Source: Azolla caroliniana (taxonomy: Eukaryota > Plantae > Polypodiophyta). Taken from it: a stretch of 64,000 nucleotides of DNA. The notes below the pieces were generated by a model, which saw nothing but the letters and a program-made list of their open reading frames with translations, had not been told where the DNA came from and did no database searches. Positions 11,628-24,365 of the stretch are shown one piece after another. Both the position numbers and the translations under genes were made by a program. The first letter of the stretch is position 1. Each line of letters starts with the position of its first letter. The stretch covers positions 22,630,001 to 22,694,000 of the forward strand of contig JBHGNT010000002.1 in the NCBI GenBank assembly GCA_043228905.1. The letters run 5' to 3'.

Positions 11628-13599
11628 TGAACCATTTATAAAGCATGATTAGATGGCTTTTCTTGCATTGAGATCTCAAAAAAATGCTAGCATTAACTAT
11701 GAATAGTTGAGTGTAGCATAGAATATTATAATACCTTTGCCATTTTTTGTACGTTTTGTTTCTCTTCTAGACCTTGTCATGGATAATGCTAGCATACAAA
11801 ATAACACACCTTGGGTCATTTTATACAAATGGAGTATGATTTGACTTTGAATAAGGTATGCTTATTATCATGAGGAAAATTGCAAGCCTTGTACAAAAAT
11901 GTCTAAAGTGCCATTTTGCATCATATACAACACCCTTGATTTACTTTTTATGCTACTAGATTACAACATTCTTTCCGTAACAGTGACTTGACTCAATGCA
12001 ATGCTTGATTTCTCTTGACTTGTTAATATATACCCCACCTTGTGCAACAATCGAACTTATTTCTTGAGATATCATAAAACAACATAGGAAAGAGGAACCA
12101 AACAATGTTATTGCAAGTAGAACTCAAGAAGTGTCAACCAACAACCCCTAAATACTCAAAGAAGGAATAAATTTGAGACGGCATGTGTGCAGAAGGGAAG
12201 ACAATAGAACATGGATGCATGAGAGTCGATACATGCATTTGTGTGGAGAAGCAACAAAGGCAACTTGAAGACTCACCATGCAACATTTAAGGATGCTTCC
12301 ATAGTGGAATGTGTATGCTAATGAGTAGTGTGAGCTCCTCCTTGATATCACATTAGCACAAGTTGACCAAGCTTAAAAGTCCCTAGAAAATAATCTCCAA
12401 GCCAAGGTAATTTACATGGAGATCAAATGCATACTAATGTAGCGCTCAATCTTCTTTAGTAAAATTAGGTTTAACGGAATGGAATCTTCATAGTTTGTTG
12501 GCAAGATAAAAATTCCAACAATCAAACTAATTTCATGATTGAATGCAATATGAGAGCTCAAAAAGATTAAAGTGTAATGAGATTGTAGATGAAGAAAATT
12601 GGCATACAATGAGGAATACAAAGATGCACCTACATACTCTAAGAGGTCAATATGAGGCAATACATGGTGAGCTTGATGTTGTGTTTCACAAACAACAACA
12701 ATTTTGAGAAATTTGGAAAAAGGTTGAGGTCTTCACCTTTTTGGGGGACAGAGTAAAGTGGAGATATGCTCCACCAAGATGGTTTTTACAACCCTTGTCT
12801 TGAAAGGACCATGCATGAGAGTTTCCGCTACTATACATGTTGATTGATGTCGGTAGGAGGGTTATAATCTATTGTTTGGATTCTTTGTAGCCTTTGGGCA
12901 TCTTCTCGTTAATACCATGGTGAATCTTGACTAAAAAAAAAATACAAAGATGCACCTAAGTAGGATCACCTTTATAAGATTGGCAATACTTTGATGTCTA
13001 GTATAGTGGATAAGATTCCAAGTTAGCTCTAGACCAAACACCAACACCATAAACATAGTTGCATAATGCACAATACAAAAAACATTTTTGAGCATGTGGC
13101 CTTTGTGTTATTAGCAAAAAGCTCTAATGAACAAAGCTAGCATTCTAGGACTAGTTTTGCTCACTTTTTTCTCTCTCATCAAGAAACCATTGATATCATC
13201 TTTATTCACTACATGTGCCAAATGGCACATGAAAACAAAGTCACAATTTAACACAATTGATACACAATAGAAGCAAGTTCATTTCTATATTAAAATGGTA
13301 TACACCAATAATCCTTTGTCTTTGAGTGCGCATCTCTATTACTTAAAAATTTGTACATTGTAAGCCATTAGCCTATCATTGTCATGAACATGCATGCACC
13401 TTGTCATGAAAATCAGAGATAAGGGTGTGAATGATGAAAGTGGATCCATCAAGGAATTGAACTAGGCAAGATAAGTTTGGAGGTGTTGTCAATGATGGTT
13501 TGGGGGAGTCCAATGGGTATGTTGGCACACAATAAGTAACAATAAAATTGAGTCTAGTTCATTAAGTGTAAAGTTAACTAGACTAAAATTAAGTTTGAA

Positions 13600-14020
13600 T
13601 GTGTATGCAGCACTATGTTAATGTGTATATTTGTGATAGCTTTCAAGTTGTATATTTGAGTATGTGTGTATGAATGCATGTGAAAATGTGTATAATGATA
13701 TGGTGTCTATTCACATTTAGTGCATAAGTATTGTGTGGATGTGTGGACTCTTATGTGTACATCTCTGTGCGTTTGCATTTGGGTGAATATGTGTGTTAGG
13801 ATATGTGACTATGTTTGCATTAATGTAGGTATAAGTGTGTCTATGTGTAAATTAAGTGTATACATATGTGCGAGTGTATGTGAGTGTGTATGTGTTTGTT
13901 AGAAATTTGAGTATGTGGGTTTGCAATCGTGTGTGTGCTCGCATGCACGCACGCTCGTGCGAGCATGCGAGCGTACATAAGTGTTATGTGTGTTACGTTT
14001 GGGTATATGTTTATGTACGT
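13600..14020. repeat. Degenerate TG/TATG-rich low-complexity tract
   Basis: Imperfect (TG)n/(TATG)n; the ORFs here are Cys/Val artefacts. Confidence 0.7.
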
Positions 14021-14649
14021 GAGGAAAAAGAGGGCAAAGTTTAAGATACCAAGGGGGGAAGGGGTAATTAATGTTTGTGTTTTACAATATGCCCTTGAGG
14101 GTATTTACATATTGGCTCTTGAGGGTATTTTTGGAATGTAAGGTTCCTCTTGGGAGGGTGTGTATAGGGATTTTGGGGAAGTTATAAGGGGAAAGTTAGA
14201 AAGACAAGTTTTGAACCTTCAATCATTGTATTTGAATGGCTCAATGTTACTATTTGAGTTATGTTTTATTATTGTTCTAATGTAATAGAATGGACTCCAT
14301 TACAATGAAATTTATTCTAAAGATTTGTTCGACCAAAATCGTGCTCTATCGTAAAACTCTACTTGTTTGTGCTTTTCTCCCTTCATATAGGTAACATCAC
14401 AATAACATGAAATATTGAACTAAGAGAGGCATCTAGTAAATACTTTGGCCTTGTTTTTAGCATTCGTGACTCTAGGCTCCCTTTCCGCAACTATTCTCTC
14501 ATCTCACGACTACCCTAAACTCTTAACAAATTTTTGAGTCTCATCATTCCTAGACTCTCATGACACCGCTAAGATCGAGGAACTCTAGGAACTCTCATGT
14601 CACCTCAAGCTCTCTTCTCTGGTCTCTACTAGACTCTAGTTTAATTGTT

Positions 14650-14845
14650 TTGTCTCTTTATGTGACAAACGCACCAAGGACACTTTAAATTGGCACAAAT
14701 CCCATCTTGTTACACAAGGTTAGGCCCAAATCCACGAAACCAACTACAGATAGGCCTTTGACCCCATAGCAAAGATGACAACCTTATTGTTATTTAGAGT
14801 AGATAATGGATTGTACCTCCATTAGATGGATATGAAGACTATGCA
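14650..14845 (+). mobile_element. Highly decayed copia RT fragment
   Basis: Residual motifs resembling KARLV-QG-Q, F-PIAKMTT and G-YLH-MD-KT, with stops. Confidence 0.5.
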
Positions 14846-15270
14846 AGGTTATCATTCATCGAGGTTTTGTTTACAAATGTTTTAAGGGTTTTTTAATAAC
14901 AAGTTCATAAACAAACGTAAATCTAACAAAGCTTGCGTTTACAAGGATAAAAATCCAATAATGGATGGTACCTCCATTGGATGGATATGAAGACTGTGCA
15001 AGATTATCATTCATTGAGGTTTTGTTTTACAAATGTTTTGAGGGTTTTTTAATAACAAGTTCATAAACAAACGTAAATCTAACAAAGCTTGCGTTTACAA
15101 GGATAAAAATCCAATAATGGATGGTACCTCCATTGGATGGATATGAAGACTGTGCAAGATTACCATTCATCGAGGTTTTGTTTTACAAATGTTTTTAAGG
15201 GTTTTTGAATAACAAGTTCATAAACAAACATAAATCTAACTGAGCTTGTGTTTACAAGGATAAAACTCCA
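14803..15270. repeat. About 156-bp tandem repeat, 3 copies
   Basis: ATGGA(T/G)GTACCTCCATT recurs at about 14806, 14961 and 15117; the units are near-identical. Confidence 0.9.
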
Positions 15271-17399
15271 AATATATGTGATTAACCATAGAGGAGATGT
15301 TAATGAATCTTTATGATTCTTTACCTCCAAATTACAAGGAATAAACAAAGTATGACTAGAAGTGATTATCAACAATAGATCTGACAAGCATTACATTTTG
15401 TTCCCAGTTCTAGTATGGTTGTGGTTTGTGATTAGAACACTTTGTGCACAACTAAATCAAGGGCTTGTGAAAGAGAAATAAGAGGAAGAGAAGAATCAAA
15501 TTGACATTTTTTGTTGAATGATCAAGAAGACCTCGATCATAATCAATATGAGGAAGAAAATTTCACACTTTTTTTATCAATGATCAAGGACACTTAATGT
15601 TAAAACTTAATACTTTTTACACAATGATCAAGAAAGCTAAAAATATTTTTCTTTCAAATGATTAAAAAGCAGAATAAGTTTAATGATTTTTTTAATCACA
15701 AGCAAGAATCAAATCCATTTTTCGATCCATAATGAAGAAGACTCGTAATGAAGGGGTAGAACCCGTGATGAAGTACTTTTTAAATTCTTGTTAGCAAGTT
15801 TTGTAGGTGTTAACCAAGCATTTTTTAGCGAGCCCTCCATAAGTGCGAAAATGAGCAATTTTACCAATTTCTCCAATGTGATCACTTTATATCGTTCGCA
15901 AGGAGCACCACCGTTTTTATTATAGTCCCAAATTCCGAGTAATACCTACCACTGACATCTTTGAAGAAACAAAAAAAGGTAAAGAGTACTCGAGGTATGT
16001 CATCAGTTCATTACTGACTCTTTAAGAAAGTGTTTTCATGTAGGTGAATTTATTGCCCTTTGAATGAGAAGGGTCAAATTTACGTGAAAGAGAGGGTGCA
16101 ATGTCAATCAAACTATGGCTTATGAATTATTCATCAGTCATAAGAAAATGCTATCGCTATTCAATTTAATGGGACTCCAAGGGATGCCTTCTAACGTATA
16201 AGTGACTCGATAAAGGAATCTGATCTAACAAACTATCGACCCTTGACAACTAAAGGGAGTGGGTCTCGTGTTTATTACTAGTACACAAATTAATAAAGAG
16301 CCCTTATTGAGGCCTTGAGAAAGGAGGCATGCCGAAGGTGGAAGGTAAGAGGGTAAGAGGCCTTTAATGACCACGTTATTAACACGAGAATATCAATAAC
16401 CCTAAGAACCAATAAATCGTGTCCTTGTAGTTGTGATGTCTTTCCAACCCATTGTCAATTATAAAAATATCTAAAATGGGAGTACAAACTTTATAGAGAG
16501 TATGTTGTCGTTACACATTTGAATGATGGCATGCATTATGCTCACATAGGAAACGAGTTCATGTACACTGAGAAACGATTTATCTTCAAGAGTCGTATCA
16601 TTTCACGAGGTCTAAGCACGAATTTTGATTTCCATAAAAAATTTATGTGTCTTGAGTTTGTCTTTTGGTCAAGACACTTTAAGTCCATTGTATTATTGTA
16701 TCTATGTTGTTTCCTTTTCTTTTCTTTCCACCGACAAAGGGTTGGGTAATGCCCAACGTGACTAAGGTTAGGCCAACGATTTTCGTGCCATCTCAATCTT
16801 GAGGTAAGTGGCGAACATTAGAAATGTGAGCTGCTTTTTCTAGACATGTATGACAAATTGTATTTATATACTATCCCCATCATTTTATTAAGTAAAAAAG
16901 AGGAGAGATCTTTTTTATATTTGTTTCTGGGGTTTTACTTTTTGTTGTTGTTATTGGAGGCATTGGGGCACCCGACATGTACACTATAAAGGAGTTCTTG
17001 TTCGAGTCTCTGCTTTCCATGATTTCACTTCCAAATACATAATATTTATATACTTTTTTCACCGAACTCCATTATGTCTCCCTACATGTGCAAATGTACA
17101 TTCACAAATAAATATATACCCATAAAGAAAGTATGGATGAAGTAAAAAAAGATGCATATGCCATAATGCGCTTGTCAGAATTCGGCTCACTTGCATAAAG
17201 TATGGGTATGCATTACCATAAATATATGTGCACAACATGTGTCGGCATGCGTATGCCAATGTAAATTTGTGTATGCATCTTTATTAGACACCTCAAAAGC
17301 TCAGAATGTGATTAAACATATAATTATCTTTACAAGTATAGATATACTTGTTGTCCCACAAGATAATGAGACCCATTGTATAGAACTTTAAAAAGTTGC

Positions 17400-19018
17400 T
17401 CTTCAAGACAATTTTGATCTAAAGGCAAATTGATGTAAGACTTTAACCATTGTTAGTGTGGCTTTATGATTAAGAAATCCACGACTTTCTTAATAAAAAA
17501 ATGAATGTTAAGTTATTGCCATCAATCTAATGTATTTGATCACTCTCCCCTTCTATCCGATCGGATGACTTGGCATACTTCAAAAGTGCCTTCAATACAG
17601 TTCAAAGTATTTCCACAAGTTATCTGGCATTTGTTTTGGATGGCGTCACTTTTTACTTGAGTTCAAGTTTACGTTGGATTCTACGTACACTATATAATTT
17701 GACTTAAGTTATTGCCAAATCGTGAAGGCCAACTTGGCCCCATTACATTTGCTATAAGTAAACTTATGCAATTACATCAAGTGTGTCCATATATGATGTA
17801 CAACAACTAACGTACATGCCATGAATCTTTCGGATTCTGCGTCGTGTTGAAGGTTTGACATGATTGAAAAGTACATTTTGTCTGCTAACTTGTCCCATCA
17901 CATCTTTTATGAGTGGCACTACGCGAATTATGTTACATATGTCTATAGTGAATAAATATCAATGGTGTTTATGTCATGAATATTTTATTGTCTTATTGTT
18001 CAGGCTACACGCGAAAGATCTCACATTGTTTTTTCATTCATGTTAAAATGTATTGCGGAAACCGGGGTATAGTCTTAGTTTAACCACCTAAAAAGACAGA
18101 AAACCAATACTCCAAAATATTTGCGCTTATCCAAACCAGTAAAACTTGACATCTCTTTGTCTACATGTTACTATGTTACCATATCTTGCTTAAAGTCAAA
18201 ATTATCTTCATTGGGTTTAGAGAAGAAAGTCTACACTCTCGGTGCCTTAGTGTTAGTGTTTATCATGCATTTAGAATACTATAAAAATGAAAATCTCAGT
18301 CTGGTTAACAATTCCATCGGGACATTAAAATTTCATTTCGATCGGACTTTCAATGTCGAAATTTAATATTGTGAATCCATATGAACTACCAAAAATTACA
18401 TTTCTTTTGGTTCTCTCACTTCATCAACCCCGAAATGTTTGAGTCTATGAGTCTATAAGTTGACTTGATCACATGAATGGTGTCTCTTCAAAATGGCTAT
18501 TTCAATTTACAATTAGTGAATATCACTATTTATGTCGTATTCTTTGGTGAAAGGGGTTTATTTTACCTCTCATCGAGGCCAATCATCATCAACCAAATGT
18601 GATTTCACGTGGTTACAAAGCACAAAAAATAATATAATCTTTCAAGTGTAGATATTATTAATTTCCTATTTTTTACACTTCATATCCTTTGTATTCAACC
18701 ATAAAATGTAATGTTTCTCAATTGTATGAAGAATTCTCTTCGTCACCTATTTGAATCTTAATGTGACGATAGTGAACTTGATTTAGTAGGGTGACCACCA
18801 ATAGAGTATGGTGGCTTTGTTGACTCAAAATCTACAGCAATATGTAGTCCTAATCCAACCATTTCCACACCTCATAGACATGACAAGCTTTACTCAAATA
18901 TGTAATGGACAACCACGGGGCAAAAAGTAATGTCGTAGAGTTATTTGCAAATATATTGCAAGTGTTATAATGTGTCATTTTGGCATTGGTTCTATAATTA
19001 ACAAGGTTCAAAGTAATA

Positions 19019-19072
<54 letters not shown>

Positions 19073-20250
19073 AATCAAATAACTTACTTCCAACTTCATC
19101 CAAATGTATGACACGCTTACTCCTAGGTAACTTTTTTCTATGCTCCCTAACCCCCATAATGGGATTGCGTCTCCTAGTTTGAGTGATACAAAGCCACAAA
19201 TTTCTAGAGCAATTATATCATGTCCTAACTGTCTCATACCCTCTTTCATTGGTTAAAACTTAAACACAATCATCATTTGTGGCACAAACATTATCGCGGA
19301 AAGAATGGCATCTATCCTACCCTTCATATGAATTCATCACATCATGAGCATACTGACAATTGGCATTTGTCTTGGCAATAAGCAAGACCTCTATGCGATT
19401 TTCCTTTTCAAATATGATACTCACCAATCATACATAAGTGTGATCTTAGCCATGCATACTTTTTTTATAAATAAACATGGTGGTGTATTCGTAGAGCTTG
19501 TGCTTCTCAATCAAGGTTGTGGGTTGAGGTGTCAATGAGTGGGTACTAGACAATTGTAGATCCTCTCTCAAAATAGCTTGATAATGTCTCTCTCTTTTCT
19601 TTGAATAATGTACATATACATAGTGCAACTTATTGCCAAATATATTTAAATTAAAATGGCCCCATAACCTCTCTCTTTTTCATTTGAAGCACAAATTCAT
19701 CAATAGCTTCACATAGTACGCAAGCATAATATGGTTGAGCTTCAATATGCACCACTTTGTATCATGGTCATAAAAGTAAATGGTTACTAAAATATCATAA
19801 TGGAGAGTGGCATCTGATTAGAATTCCACACAATTTTTCAACCTTGTACTATATCTATACAAGGAGCTCACATCCACCCTATATACAAAAATTGTCCGAA
19901 CTATGCAAGGAAGAGGCGTTACTAGGATAATAGAGAAACCTATTTTCCAATATAGGGACACTCCATGTGCAAGTATCTTTTACATTCATACTTTGCTTTA
20001 TGTTATAACATAAAGAATGTATATTCATTGTGCCATGTTTGTAGAGCGAGCATCACAATGAATTTCTTTTAGACATTAGGACGATCCTGGCATTCATAAA
20101 GTAGACCTTCACATGGTACTCGCAACATAAAGAAGACACACAACTTACTCATTGTGGACTTGTTGTAGAGAGAGGGAGCTTGATGTGAGGGGGAATAAAT
20201 ATAAATGGGTGTGTTGTGCCCATAACTTTTTGACAAAGTTAGCGAGAGTA
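17400..20250 (-). mobile_element. Very decayed L1-like LINE RT remnant
   Basis: Scattered motifs on the minus strand: MKGR...LDNV-like (about 19300), RGCPL (about 18910), DD-containing motif (about 18590). Boundaries approximate. Confidence 0.3.
19021..19069. repeat. (TG)n microsatellite; other (CA)n/(GA)n tracts at about 20378, 23973, 28186, 28915, 48151 and 56925
   Basis: Perfect dinucleotide run. Confidence 0.95.
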
Positions 20251-20374
20251 GAATAATATATGTAGAAAAAACTAGTATTTTGAAAATACGATCATCTTGG
20301 AAATAAAGATATGAGTGACACCTTTACATGCGTAATTGCCTAAACAACACATTCATAGCAACTTTGTGCATGCA

Positions 20375-20410
<36 letters not shown>

Positions 20411-21434
20411 GATTCATTATTGCATGCCATCACCAAGAAGAGGACAAGGTGTTCCAAATGTATCATGGTTTTTGCTCACACTTCATTATTGGTGTCTCAA
20501 GTTGCAACTACACCTAAAACATGTAGAATTAGGAAAGTCATTATGTTTAAGGTGAATATGTTGTATAATGGTGCGGTGTGTCAGACCTTAGTTACAAGGG
20601 TCCACTTCTAACGAATATGGGTACAAATTTACAATTTGCACCCCTCCAAAGAAGGCTTAAAACAATCGCACAGACATTGAGCTGATAGTAGCAACACCTA
20701 TTCAACACTAAACAAGTATAATGAGGAAAGCCTTCCCCCCTACATGAGTTTGTCATATAAGAGTGGTGTGTGAAACCTAAGCTACGAGATACTAATTATA
20801 ATATAGATGTAATTTGGGCCACCTCAAAAAAAAGCATAAATCACACATCCACACTTACCAAGCCAATGTAGAAATCGAATGTTCATTTGCCATAGTAATA
20901 TGCTGATTATGTAAGATGTTGTGTGTGAAATCTAAGCTTCAGGTTCCGATTCTAATATGGTTCAAGTTTGGGCTATCTCAAAAAAAAAACATGACTTCTG
21001 CATGAACATCGAATACACATATCAGTCAATACAGTGGCGAATGTTGACTGTTCATTTGTCACGTAGGAACACAATGGTTTTGTTTGTGAAAACATAATAA
21101 CTAGGGACATCATAGACTACCACAACCAACTAGGGCATCAATATCCCACACAAATGTATGCCAACATGTAAAAATTGTCCCTCTTTATTCAAGTGTACAT
21201 TATGAAGGACAATGTAGGAAAGTTCATTATAATGGGCAAAGATTTCCTATTCAGTTAATGAGCGAAATCTTCCAACCCTAGTAATTGTAATTGGAAAATT
21301 ACTCTTTACAATGCTTCCACCCGTGTTAATTGCACTTGGCAAATTACTCTATATAATGTTATGTTACCATGGACATGCCCGGTGACCCTTTGCCCAAGTA
21401 TCTGATAAATGGCCCCACTCTCCCATCGCTCAAA

Positions 21435-21593
21435 GAATAGTACAATACAAGGACAACATACATTGCATAAAATTCTTTCTAGTAAACTACCCAGGATATA
21501 AAAACCAAGATCTCGAATAGTACAATATAAGGACTACTTACATTGCATAAATTCTTTCTAGCGAACTACCAACGATATAATGACCCAGATCTC
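21435..21593. repeat. About 80-bp tandem duplication
   Basis: GAATAGTACAATA.AAGGAC.AC.TACATTGCATAAA...AGATCTC occurs twice. Confidence 0.8.
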
Positions 21594-22616
21594 AAACCAG
21601 TTCCAAACTAACCATTTATTCTATTCAATTGTATCCTTCATTAAGAAGACAAAGGGACCATTTGAAGGAATACATGTTCTCGTTAAGCCTTGCACTAATA
21701 TAAAACCCAACCTATACCTTTAATTATAGGATTTACTTAATTAACGACCCTAAAGTTGCCATCATATCAGGCAGGCCAAAACAACCTTTCTTTTGGACAC
21801 GATTCGACGCATCAACGAAGCATATCTAAATTCCATTCGATATATGCCAGTTAAAATCGTGCAGACAAAGTTAATTCGTTGTCGTGATTCGATAATACTG
21901 TATGGAGGCGATGATTAAACTTCCATTAGCACAGCAAATGTCTCCACAAAATACCATTTTAGGAGAAAACCTTTCTGCTAGTGTAAAATTCGAGGGAAGG
22001 ATTACATACACGAGATTAAATCGTATTACTTCAGCTGCACTACCTAAATCCGCTTTCGCAGAGAAGACTGAAACATTACATGTACACAATCAGACCTAAC
22101 ATAGATGTACAAACTGACACCACTATTCAATAATAATCGGACATAGCCCCCGAATAGAGTGAACACAGGAGAACACAGACATGTCTGCAGTGCAACAAGA
22201 GAGTTGTAGAATGAACGGATCAGACTGTAGCGAGTCATGGTTGCGTATTGAGGCCACACAGTTAGAAGGCTTATGGTATGAAACGACGAAACAGGAAGGC
22301 TACATGATATGGAGATTAACGTAATAAAATTGTGAGGGTAGAAATTTACATTAATGTTCCCATCGATCTCTCAAAACAACAGGGAATCGTCATCACTGTG
22401 ACTGTCTTCACAGTAAACAGATTTCACTATCAAAACATAAGGGATAGCCATTTCCTTCAGTCCGCCTAATCATATTTATCAGACGGCCTCTTTATGAAGG
22501 TTAACATCGAGGCGTAAATAAACAACTTTTTAACCTTCCCCGGATTCTCATCACTTTGGTTAATTGTTCAAAATATTTCGTCCCTGAGCAAAATGATAAA
22601 TGTTTCGCTTAATCGT

Positions 22617-23825
22617 TCAGAAAAGAGATGTTTCGTGGGGATTGTATAGAACATCCCGGGAAGATTCATCCTCCTCATAGCCGAAGGAACAGCCTTCTAA
22701 GGCGTGGTTATCAGATTCTGAAGAACCAGCGGGGTCAGTACCTTCGTTATCGAATAGCAGTGGCCATTCATCCACTTCTATTCCATGACCAGAAGTACCG
22801 TATGTAAAGGCTGCGGTTGCAGAAGGACCAGCTGAAATTAAATCGCTTCCAGTGGCCTCTGCAAGTAGATCCCGCAGGAGTTCGTCACAGGCTTCACTGG
22901 ATGCCGTATCATGCGCTTCTTCAGAATGACCAAACGCTTCATCAAGCAGGTCGCCTTCGATTTCCCCATGAACGATACTCTCCGAGAAGTGACTGGGGGA
23001 ACGTCTGTCGATTTCGGAGTTACCTTCAGCGACATCGGAAGTCAAGCAATCATGTTCTTCAGTAGAGAGCCTTGAAAGATGAGGGAGATTTGGTATTTCG
23101 CTACCCCTACCTTCCTCAGATGGAAGCGCCGAGAGCTCCAGGCAATCAGGAGACGAGGAACATAATTCCTCCGATGAATTACCTACAAGACTAGGAGTAG
23201 GATTACTGCAGGAAGCAAAAGGAAAATCTGCACAAGCCATATCTGCGCCTCTGTATTCAGAGAAAGTGGAGCTTTGAGCAAGTTCGCAACTTTGATTTTC
23301 CACTGCTTTCTGGTTCTCCTCGGTATTATTGTCCATACCGAAAACGGTCGACCTAGAGAGTGGCGATGGACTTGGAGATAGAGGAGTGGTTAAGTCTACC
23401 GCTGGCTCCGTTTCCGCAGATTTCTGGAGGTTTCCATCTTCAAGAACCTTCTCGAGTGTTTTCATCATCTCAGAGAGAAGCTCCTGCTGAGTGGAAGACA
23501 TATTGGGATCGGTTTCGTCCAATTCGACGAGACATGAAGCGTCTAATTCAGAGAGGCACTCGTCGAAAAGTTGGAAGGAGGACGCGGATGAGAAGGCACA
23601 GGAACTCGAAGAAGAGGGAGAAGGAGAAGGAGAAGTGGAGGTGGAAGAAGAAGAGGAGGAAACGGGAGAAGCGGATGGATATTCTGAAGATGAGGAGGTG
23701 TGGCGTTTAGGGGAAGGGGGGAGGAGATCGAAGATATGGAGATGGGGATTAGGTCGTTTCTTGCAGGAGGAAGGCGTGGAGAGAGATTCCAGAGGTTGGA
23801 CGATCAGATGATCAGTGGAGGCCAT
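22617..23825 (-). CDS. Intronless 402-aa acidic, Ser/Glu-rich protein of unknown function, probably largely disordered
   Basis: 1209-bp ORF in AT-rich surroundings, GC- and CpG-rich, good start context (CCCATGGC), TATA-like TTTATAA about 95 bp upstream, (CT)n tracts upstream. Basic NLS-like KKRP...PKRH near the N-terminus. Confidence 0.85.
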   Translation of the reverse strand: MASTDHLIVQPLESLSTPSSCKKRPNPHLHIFDLLPPSPKRHTSSSSEYPSASPVSSSSSSTSTSPSPSPSSSSSCAFSSASSFQLFDECLSELDASCLVELDETDPNMSSTQQELLSEMMKTLEKVLEDGNLQKSAETEPAVDLTTPLSPSPSPLSRSTVFGMDNNTEENQKAVENQSCELAQSSTFSEYRGADMACADFPFASCSNPTPSLVGNSSEELCSSSPDCLELSALPSEEGRGSEIPNLPHLSRLSTEEHDCLTSDVAEGNSEIDRRSPSHFSESIVHGEIEGDLLDEAFGHSEEAHDTASSEACDELLRDLLAEATGSDLISAGPSATAAFTYGTSGHGIEVDEWPLLFDNEGTDPAGSSESDNHALEGCSFGYEEDESSRDVLYNPHETSLF

Positions 23826-23970
23826 GGGAGGAGGTGGAAGGGAGGGGCAAGAGGGAAGTAGGATTGAACGGAAATGTGGATTGATTGATATGTTTGAAAT
23901 TCAGATTTGGCTATGGCATTATAAAGCTTTCTGATGTGGCGACAGAAGAAACACAGACAGACAGACAGAA

Positions 23971-24008
<38 letters not shown>

Positions 24009-24343
24009 AGAGAGTCTTGGTTCTTTCTCGTCAAATCGAGGGGAGAGACAAAAAGGCGAGAGAGAGAGAGAATAATAACTATCCTGTTTTTACCAGATTA
24101 ATAAAGAAAATGAAATGAAGAGAGAGGAAATTCCTTTTCCGCTGATCTATTGAGAAGAGCAAGTCAGCAGTGTATTCGTACAAGATGTAGAGAGAGGAGA
24201 GAGAAAGAAGGAGAGAGAGAGAGAGTGGCCACATGACCCCATCCTTTTTTATATTTACTTTTTATTTATTTATTTTTCTGTTTTTTTTTTTACTCTTTCT
24301 TTTTAACTGGTTTCCGCCCCCCCCCCATCCCTCCTCGCTCCCT

Positions 24344-24365
24344 CCACGTCAGCGAGTCCACGTCA
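24344..24365 (-). promoter_or_regulatory. Tandem CCACGTCA (TGACGTGG) bZIP-type sites about 520 bp upstream of the 402-aa gene
   Basis: Two exact CCACGTCA at 24344 and 24358 within a GC-rich, promoter-like patch. Confidence 0.5.

Noticed and set aside
12600-13250. Possible L1 endonuclease remnant
   Set aside because: Only faint motif echoes; cannot be supported without a profile search.
18970-20611. ORFs with CVCVCV or HTHTHT runs
   Set aside because: Translations of (TG)n/(CA)n microsatellites.
23360-23811. Glu- or Arg-rich plus-strand ORFs
   Set aside because: Antisense reading of the Ser/Pro-rich codons of the 402-aa gene.
23911-23919. Minimal uORF ATG-CCA-TAG on the minus strand
   Set aside because: Directly abuts the probable TATA box, so it likely lies upstream of the transcription start.
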